Assembly (NCBI GenBank): GCA_002269645.1 | Contig: NIVC01000846.1 | Span: 1-64,000, forward strand | Direction: 5' to 3' | Source: Macrostomum lignano | Lineage: Eukaryota | DNA length: 64,000 nucleotides | Part shown: positions 55,231 through 64,000 of the stretch, piece by piece | Layout of the letters: every line of letters starts with the position of its first letter | How positions within the stretch are numbered: position 1 is the first letter of the stretch | The notes under the pieces: generated by a model | Seen by the model: the letters and a program-made list of their open reading frames with translations, nothing else | What the model was told of the DNA's origin: nothing | Databases searched by the model: none | Made by a program: the position numbers and the translations under genes

Positions 55231-58200
55231 AGGCCAATGACGTCAGCCGATCGATCAAATGACTGCGAGCCGCGCGCTGCCGTCTTCGAAGAGCCGCCGC
55301 CGCCGCTGCCGCCGCTGCTGCCACTGCTGCCTCCAGAGCCGCCGCTCTTGCCAGTTGAAGTCGCCTGGCGCGGCTGCGTGTCCGGGAAGGCCATGCTGTA
55401 CAGGATCTCCGGGTCGCACACAAACTTGTAGACGTACCGCTCGCCTGCCACCTTCTGCATGATGCCCTTCTCGTAGTAATAGCGCAGCGACCGGCTCAGC
55501 TTGTCGTAGTTCATGGCTGGCCGGTTCTTCTGGATGCCCCACAGCCGGGCCACCTGATGATTGATTGGGGTTGGGGTTGGGGCTCCACTCATACTGCACG
55601 GCGAGAGACGTGTCTGATTCTGCGTGTGTGCCAAGCATGACTGTAAATAGCGTTTCTGGAATTGCAAACATTATTTAATAATAGACTAGAATTGGGAAGA
55701 GATCGGGATTAAAGATACTGGCGACTCGTCTGTCCCAGAGAAATTTTGAATATCTTCAGCCCAATCTCTATGCCAAGATGAACAAATTTCTAATGATTAT
55801 CGAGTAGGAAGTTTCGCTTGCAAGAATACGAGTAGAGGAGAGAAGAGAGGAAAAGAGAGGAGAGAAGAGATGAGAGAGGATAGAGAAGAGAGGAGAGAGG
55901 AGAGAGGAGAAAGAAGGAAGGAGAGGAGAGAGAAGAAAGAGAAGAAGAGAGGAGAGAGAAGGAGAGAGAAATGATAGACGAGAGGAACGAGAAGAGAGGA
56001 GAGAATAGATAAGAGGAGAGAGAAAAGAGAGGAGAGAGAAGAGAGAAAAGAGAGAAGAGAGATGAGGGGAGAGAAGAAAGAAAAGTGAAGCGAGAATAGA
56101 TCTGAGAAGAAACAATAAAAATTCAGCGGGCCGAATCTTGTGTGAAGTTTTAAAGGACCCGGGGGCTGGATAGAGAGGCTTCCCTTCGGGCCGGAGTGTG
56201 CCGACCCCTGTACTACAGCCTTATTGATGCTCAGGTGTCGCGCGCTGATTTTGATTATTAGCAAACTACTGTAGCGCGCCGACGCTCTTCCTCCGCGGAA
56301 CAGACACGTGACCTGTCCCGGCCAGTGTCTTCTAGAAGAAGCAATAGCTATGGTCTGTTTGCATTCCCCCTTCCCTCCATGCGCCAGCTATAGCTCGGAG
56401 GAAGCTCAGGTGTTTGGGGATTATTAATATCCAGTCTGGCCGCCACGGTGGCGAACTGGACATTGCTGCAAATATTTTCTTCAAGACCGGCCCCCGGCAC
56501 GCGTTTGCTTTCGCGCTGTCATCCGGTTTTGCCTGCTGAAATTTCTGCACAAAACTAAACAGATATTTGAGGGGGGGCGACTGGGACTCGAATCTCGGAT
56601 AGCAAACAGCATTTTGTTTTCTATTTAGTTGGAAGCGGTAGCTTTTATTATTAAACAAGCCATTCACGGTTTCCGATCGGGGTGTTGAAATTCTAACAAA
56701 GTGAAATTGCTATATGAACCATACTTGGAATATTACATTTCTAAGAGTATGAAATCATACCGAAAATATGAAATTTCCAAGACTATTAAATCATGTTTGA
56801 AATATCAAATATGACATCTCCAAGAATGTTAACTATAGTGGATCATGAAATTTCCAAGAATATGAACTCATACCGAAAATATGAAATTTCTAAGAATTCA
56901 AACTACACTGGAAATATGAAATTTCTAAGAATTCAAACTACACTGGAAATATGAAATTTCCAAGAATTCAAACTACACCGGAAATATGAAATTTCTAAGA
57001 ATTCAAACTACACTGGAAATATGAAATTTCTAATAATTCAAACTACACTGGAAATATGAAATTTCTAATAATTCAAACTACACTGGAAATATGAAATTTC
57101 TAATAATTCAAACTACACTGGAAATATGAAATTTCTAAGAATTCAAACTACACTGGAAATATGAAATTCCAAGAGTATGAACTATACTGAAAGTATGAAT
57201 TTTAAACAGATAAGAATAACTGGAAAGATGAAATTTCTAAGAATACAACCTAACTTCAAGCATAACAGGTGAGACCTGCAGTTAGTTAACCACAGGCAAT
57301 ATTGGTATTGAGTGTCAGTTTGACAGTTTCAATATGCAGAATTCTATCCCCAATTAGAAGCGGTTGTTAAGATCTGTCAGGCTGGTACAGGTGGGGGCTT
57401 GCAGCGGTGGTCAAGCTGATTCGAGGCCCAGATTATACAACCGATAGGAACACCTGCTGATCAATTTTCGACACAATAAATGTCTTCAAGCACTTGAGAG
57501 TCCGAATTCGAATCTTAGGCCGGTGTCCATTTCACAAAACAGTGCGATTCTCGCAGAGCATCGTGGAGGCCTATTGAGCCAATGAAGAGTCTCCAGCTAT
57601 GCTCATAATCCGGCCTTCTCTTATCAATATTGAGAAAGGTGGCCTTGGTATGGATACTCAAGCCCCCCATAGGCCCTGACTGAGGGATAGATACTCCTAG
57701 CTGAAGGGCCGGAGGGCGGAGCGCGCGGGGACGGACGGGCGCAGACCCCTCTCGAAGATCAATGCTCCCCTAATTAGAGGACTTCTCTGGTGGCTTAGAT
57801 TTTAAGCCTCAGATAACAGGGAGCTGAGGATTGAGAAGCTGAAGACTCGCAGAGTTGAAAGAGGATTTCGGCGCGAACGCCCCTGGACACGGGGTGAATT
57901 AATGAAAATTTTGCTGCTTTCCCCAGCCTAGGCTAGGGGCCATTAAACTAATGAAACTCAGTCAGCATCTCCCTGATCCTCAGCGAGAGTCACTGCGGGC
58001 CGGCTCACTCTAACCAGTTTGTATAAAAATAATAATCATAATCCGTTAAAACTCTGTTCAAGACCAGCCAGTCTGAGACCCCGCGGCCTGCGGTTTGAGG
58101 AAAAGCAAATTTTCAATTAATTAAAACACGATTAGCTAGGGAGAGGAGGAGCTGTTTTTTGCTTCATCATTTTAGTCTAACAATCTCAAAGTCTAGTCTC

Positions 58201-61200
58201 GCAATCTCAGCGTCTAGCCTCGCAATCTCAAAAAAAATCTCACAATCTCAAACTCTAGTCTCACAATCTCTGCGTCTAGTCTCACAATCTCAAACTCTAG
58301 TCTCACAATCTCAGCGTCTAGTCTCACAATCTCAAACTCTAGTCTCACAATCTCAAAGTCTAGTCTCACAATCCTACACTCTAATTCCACAATCCCACAC
58401 TCTAGTCTCACAATCTTAAACACTAGTCTCACAATCTCAAAGCCTAGTCTCCCAATCTCAAAGCCTAGTCTCCCAATCTCAAAGCCTAGTCTCCCAATCT
58501 CAAAGCCTAGTCTCCCAATCTCAAAGCCTAGTCTCCCAATCTCAAAGCCTAGTCTCCCAATCTCAAAGTCTAGTCTCACAATCCCGCACTCTAAGTCACA
58601 AATCTCACACTCTAGTCTCACAATTCTACACTCTAGTCTCACAGTCCCACACTCTAGTCTCACAATCCTACACTCTAGTCTCACAGTCCCACACTCTAGT
58701 CTCACAGTCCCACACTCTAGTCTCACAATCCTACACTCTAGTCTCACAGTCCCACACTCTAGTCTCACAATCCTACACTCTAGTCTCACAGTCCCACACT
58801 CTAGTCTCACAATCCCGCACTCTAGTCTCACAGTCCCACACTCTAGAGTCCCGCCAGTCTCACCTCCTCAGGCTCAATGAGCTTGAACTCCATCTCTTTG
58901 CCAGTCCAGCAGATGCAGCCGCCGCTGCCGGGGTCGTCCAGCAGGGTGACGAGAAACTGCCACAGCTGCAGGGAGCCGCGCCTGTTCGGTTGGCCACCCA
59001 GGGCTGCGGCCGCCCGGCGCAAACTGCAGTGAGCGGCTGCGGCGGCTGCTGCGGCTGCGGCAGCTGCCGAATCGGCTGGCTTGGCTTCTTGCTGATGATG
59101 AGGCTGCTGCTGCTGCTGCGGCGGAGGCTGGGCCAAGTGGTGATGATGATGAGGATGATGGTTAGGTGTTGAGAAGGCGGTGAAGTAGCTGTCAGATTTG
59201 CAGTGTCGCACCTGGTGCAGATTGGCTAAAATTGATAGATATGTATATAGAAATGCATCTCAGTCAGTGGTGTCTCAATTTACCAAACAGACAGAAACAT
59301 TCACGGAGATCTCACCTGCTGACTCAGGCGTCACTGCAGCCTGATCCCCGAGTTGACCAGCTGAAAAATTGGGAGATTTCAACAGAATTAAGGAATTATC
59401 CCAAAATTCTTTTGCCAGGGGTTTGGACAAGAGGATAAAGTATTTTATAGAGCATTTATTTCCTCGAAATCTTTTATCAACAGCATCACCATCAAGCAAC
59501 CTTTGAAATCCATAAGCATAATCCATAGCCAAAGTTGCTCAGGTCCTTCAAAAATTCTACAGCTTCTCAAATATCGGCAAAACCTTCTCAAACCTTTTTA
59601 ACTTCCTCAAACTCCCCCCAGACTCCCAAAAAGCTTCCAAAAACTTCCCCAAGCTTCCATGAACTTCCCTCCAGCTTCCCCCAAGCTTCCAAAAACTTCC
59701 CTCAAGCTTCCATGAACTTCCCTCCAGCTTCCCCCAAGCTTCCAAAAACTTCCCTCAAGCTTCCATGAACTTCCCTCCAGCTTCCCCCAAGCTTCCAAAA
59801 ACTTCCCTCAAGCTTCCATGAACTTCCCTCCAGCTTCCCCCAAGCTTCCATGAACTTCCCTCCAGCTTCCCCCAAGCTTCCATGAACTTCCCTCCAGCTT
59901 CCCCCAAGCTTCCATGAACTTCCCTCCAGCTTCCCCCAAGCTTCCATGAACTTCCCTCCAGCTTCCCCCAAGCTTCCATGAACTTCCCTCCAGCTTCCCC
60001 CAAGCTTTCATGAACTTCCCTCCAGCTTCCCCCAAGCTTCCATAAACTTCCCTCAGACTTTCCCACAGGTTTCCTCTAAACTCCCCCAAGACTCCCTACC
60101 CCAAGCCACGCATTCCGCCTGACCAGCAAACCTAATCAAATCCCACCAGATAGAAATTTTGAAACCGCAAATTTCAGCAACTGACTGGCTGCTATACTGC
60201 CCCGCCGCCTCGCCCTCTCCCCTCTGTCCGTAGGGAACGCAGGTAGGGCCGGGTTTCACTCGCAGCAGCAATAAGCCAGCAGAATTTTGACTCTCTTTTC
60301 AGGAAATGAGTTTTTCTTCAAGCCCTCCTCCCGGCTGCAAATCTGCTTTGCTGACTTCTGAGTCGCCAACTCTCCCCCCCCGCCTAGGCGCTGGGATCGG
60401 ATTGCATCGAAGGAGGAGAAAATTCAGTAAACCCGAAATCGCACAAATCACTGGGTTTAGCTGCCTCTGATGATGATGATGTTGTTGATGAACCGCTGCT
60501 TGACTGCACTGGAATTAGAAGGCCTGATATCGGTGGCCCGCCCACAGCCCTGGCGCCCCCTTCCCCCAGCGGGGGCCCCGTCCCAGACTCGCCGCACCTG
60601 TCCGCTCAGCCGTCAGCTCGTCCAGTTCCAGCTCCATCGCCGTGGCGGCCGGAGGAGCTGAAGATGTCGCTTCGTCGGCAAGCTCGGAGTCTGCGGGCTG
60701 CGCGACTTCGTCATCATCTTCTTCTTCTTCTTCTTCGTCTTCGTCCACGTCGTCTTCTGCGTCGTCTCCGACTGCCCCGTTGAAGCTGCTTGGACTGCGG
60801 TCGGAGCAGCCTGCGCGGAGAGTGACATTGGGGAGAGTGACATTTGGGAGAGTGACATTGGGGAGAGTGACATTAGGGAGAGTGACATTGGAGAGAGAGA
60901 CATTGGATAGAGAGGGATTGAGGAGAGTGAAATTGGAGAGAGTGGCACTGTAGAGAGAGTGACACTGCAGAGAGAGTGACACTGTAGAGAGAGTGACAGT
61001 GCAGAGAGAGTGACACTGCAGAGAGAGTGACACTGTAGAGAGAGTGACACTGCAGAGAGAGTGACACTGTAGAGAGAGTGACACTGCAGAGAGAGTGACA
61101 CTGTAGAGAGAGTGACGCTGAATAGTGACATTGAGTAGAGCGATGACACTGAGGAGAGAGTGAGACTGAGTAGTGTGACACTCAGTAGAGTGACACCGAT

Positions 61201-63399
61201 TTTAGGGACACTAAGGGGAGGGTGACACTGAGGAGAGAGTGACACTGAGGAGAGTGATACTGAGTAGAGTGACACTAAAGAGAGAGTGACACTGAGGAGA
61301 GTGACACTGAGTAGAGTGACACTAAGAAGAGAGTGACACTGAGGAGAGAGTGACACTGAGGAGAGAGTGACACTGAGGAGAGTGATACTGAGTAGAGTGA
61401 CACTAAAGAGAGAGTGACACTGAGTAGAGTGACACTGAGTAGAGTGACACTGAGTAGAGTGACACTGAGTAGAGTGACACTGAGTAGAGTGACACTGAGG
61501 TGAGCAACATTGTGGAGAGTGTCCTATCCAATACAAGAGTGGCATTTTCGCGTGTGACATCCAAGAGGGCAATCTCTCATTTCTCGGATTTGTAGTGTTC
61601 GAATTTCTATAATTCAACAGTTTAAAAGTTATTTTTTAATAACTTCTGAAACAGACATCCGACAGATTTCAAATAAAAACTCGCCAAAATCCTGGCTTTG
61701 TTTCTTTAGCAAAAAAGCAGAATTTAAGCAGGCAAAAATCAGGAGAATTTCAAGCCAAACCCCCCAATTCCAGCCAGCCGGTGCCCCCCTCCCCAGTCCA
61801 CCTGGAGCAAATGGTGGAGCTTTTTTCAATTCTAAAGCCTCAACCAGTCGTTAATTGTTGCGGGGTCGGGCTATCGGATCCAGAAAAACGATTTATGACA
61901 CAATTGCAGACAGGCAGCCAGTCCCGTGTCGAGTTCTCGAGTTAAACCAGACCATAATTCAAGTCAGTCAGCCGATGCCCCAGCTCCAACCTTCAAACCC
62001 CGGCTCGCTCTGCTCTTGATTAGGGATTTTTGAGCACAGTTTTTTAAATCAGATGATTTTTTTGTGGACTGATGCCCTCCGTTCCTCCGCGTTACGGACG
62101 GGACTGAACGAGACTCGATAACCGTTTACTCTGGTCTCTGCTTCCCCCTCTTCTCACCCTCTCTTCTCCCCTCTCTCACCCTCTCTTCTCCCCTCTCTCA
62201 CCCTCTCTTCTCCCCTTTCTCATCCTCTCTTCTCCCCTTTCTCATCCTCTCTTCTCCCCTCTCTCATCCTCTCTTCTCCCCTTTCTCACCCTCTCTTCTC
62301 CACTTTCTCACCCTCTCTTCTCCACTTTCTCACCCTCTCTTCTCTCCTATTTTTCTCTGAATAATCAGCAGAGAAGAAAAAAAGCAGAGTTCACAAGCCA
62401 TATCCATGAAGCATTCTTCAAACCAGTCAGCCCCTGTCACTGCACACCAGGCCACGCATACGAGCCCCTCGCATGCCCTTCACATACGACCCGCAGCCAT
62501 TGTCCCTCCCACGGAGCCTTGTGAGAAGCCCCGTTTTCTCAGAAACACATGGTCCAGCTGCATCCTCAATAAATGCCAGCGCCTCTGCCCCCCGCTCCTC
62601 TCTCTCTCTCAGTCTTATAGCTACTCTGCCTTGCCTTCCCCCCTCTAGTGTCCCCAGAGCCTAATATTCAATCATAATTCTTGACTCCGCTCTCGCAGGT
62701 AGACAAAATCTGAAGGGCTGTTGAGCAGCATTAGTTGAGCTCAATGACTCTACAGAGGTGACTATAAACAGACAGGGGGGGAGCTATAGAATTCAACCTG
62801 TGGCTTTCTTTCTGCTTATACTAGACTGCTTTTTGTTGTTATTGAAGCTCGACTTTCGTTTATGTTTAGGTTTAGGTTTAGGTTTAGATTTAGATTTATA
62901 TTTAGGTCAGGCAGCTAATCCAAACCAAATATTCAGTCCAAGCTTTTGAGCAATTAGGGCAGTTCTGAGATGGAGATCATTTGATTAACGATTGAGACTC
63001 GTGGACTTCTAAATTGCGTACAGCATATGGATTGGAAGCTCTATAAAAGTTAACAGGGACGTTGGCTACACACACTTCTCTTAAAACAGTTGGTGCGCTT
63101 CCAATCCATATTACTCAATATTTTTTTGAAAGTCCATGGACATTTGCAGGAGGGCTGTAGCGTTCTTTGCACACACGCGCACGCACAACACAAACCTTTT
63201 GACGCCACGGTTCCTCTGGCTTCAATGAAGGCCTCCATCGGTCCGCCGCCGCTGCCGCCGGGCTCCATGGCCTCCAGGCTTTTTATGTAGTGCGACAGGC
63301 CGAAACTGTTGGCGGCTGCGGCTGCGGTGGCTTTTGATGCCGAGTCGCCCTCGGCATAGCTGTTGAAACTGGAATTCATTTGTTTAAGAAAGTATGGCA
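54273..63399 (-). CDS. ETV1/4/5: PEA3-subfamily ETS transcription factor; exons 63399-63196, 60810-60598, 59360-59316, 59225-58864, 55553-54273; first coding exon possibly outside the window, or ATG at 63379
   Basis: ETS domain [18 protein letters not shown]...EFKLIEPEE|[55 protein letters not shown] is the PEA3 signature. Splice phases 1,1,1,0 are consistent if the TAG acceptor at 59226-59228 is used. The three upstream exons are less certain than the two ETS exons. Confidence 0.9.
56850..57240. repeat. 35-bp AT-rich tandem repeat (ATATGAAATTTCTAAGAATTCAAACTACACTGGAA)
   Basis: Direct reading. Confidence 0.9.
58180..58846. repeat. 21-bp minisatellite (CTAGTCTCACAATCTCAAACT) abutting the ETS exon donor
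   Basis: Direct reading. Confidence 0.9.
59560..60065. repeat. 32-bp minisatellite (AAGCTTCCATGAACTTCCCTCCAGCTTCCCCC) with longer composite units
   Basis: Direct reading. Confidence 0.9.
60820..61500. repeat. GAGAGTGACACTG-based minisatellite abutting the ETS acidic-exon acceptor
   Basis: Direct reading. Confidence 0.88.
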
Positions 63400-63437
63400 C
63401 TGTTAGTTATTAATGACAATTAAAAACAAAATGGCAT

Positions 63438-63650
63438 GATAATAATAATTATGGGCAGATGTGCCACCGACAGCTCAGGCTGCGTACAGTCTAAGGACTG
63501 CAGGCACCCATTTTACAGCTGGGTGAACACTGAAGCAATGCAGAGTTAAGTGTCTTGCTCAATTAGGACACAAATTGTTCCAAGTGGGACGAGAATCGAA
63601 CCCCCGACCTTTCAGTCGTGAATCCGAAGCTCGAACCACTGGGCTACAAC
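63438..63650 (-). mobile_element. tRNA-derived CORE-SINE (MIR-like core)
   Basis: Head TGTAGCCCAGTGGT...GGTTCGATTC. Body on the + strand CCCATTTTACAG...GAGTTAAGTGTCTTGCTCAA resembles the MIR/CORE consensus. (ATT)n tail. Confidence 0.75.
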
Positions 63651-64000
63651 CTAATAAAAACACATGATCAGTTCAATCCCAAAAATGGCACCGATCAGAG
63701 ACAAAATGATCACGCCAGAAAATGGCACCATAAAGATAGAAGGAAAAAAGTGACACAAAAGGACACAAAATGGTCAAATAAGGATTTACTGACTCTTGCA
63801 CGCGATAATGAGAGTTTCCAGCTTTTAGCCGGGCAATACTCGAACTGCCCGAACGAGTATCTCATCTCTCCCCTATTTAACAGCCGGTCAGTCCAGCCTT
63901 GCTGCTCCAGTTTCTCCCGCTGATAAAAATGACAGTTGCTGTCAAGAGCGAGCGGCAATGGGGGGGAGTGAATGAGGAAGAGCGGGAGATCTGACGAGAT

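Noticed and set aside
62400-62600. Possible extra ETS exon ([11 protein letters not shown]...)
   Set aside because: The upstream acceptor context is purine-rich, the frame hits a stop without a good donor, and the gene model is phase-consistent without it.

Overview
Eukaryotic (metazoan) genomic DNA, not prokaryotic: GC-rich exons with poly-Ala/Gln/His tracts, and introns packed with mini- and microsatellites. The style suggests a free-living flatworm such as Macrostomum lignano, but that is inference. Supported genes: a tandem-C2 synaptotagmin-like gene (+, N-terminus not found); a complete 6-exon, 7-cadherin-repeat delta-type protocadherin (-); a typical 2-Cys peroxiredoxin (-); an intronless type-2 cystatin (+); a PEA3/ETV1-4-5 ETS factor (-, 5 phase-consistent exons); an intronless 118-aa orphan ORF in an AT-rich island; and fragments of an unidentified minus-strand gene. 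The mobile and structured DNA is the most unusual part: (1) a Crypton-type (DUF3504) tyrosine recombinase with two substituted catalytic His positions, bracketed by 12-bp direct repeats and palindromes, inside a protocadherin intron; (2) a 1.44-kb foldback with about 600-bp arms; (3) a diverged 28S rDNA fragment centred on the R2/I-PpoI target site inside a small inverted-repeat element; (4) about 196-bp inverted repeats enclosing the cystatin gene; (5) a 14-copy array of Pol III B-boxes; (6) a SINE flanked by a ~97-bp duplication; (7) a MIR-like CORE-SINE; (8) a Helentron/HINE-like TTAGGG element; (9) several minisatellites that appear to be amplified splice-site sequence. All analysis was by eye, with no database searches; repeat boundaries are approximate (about +/-20 bp).
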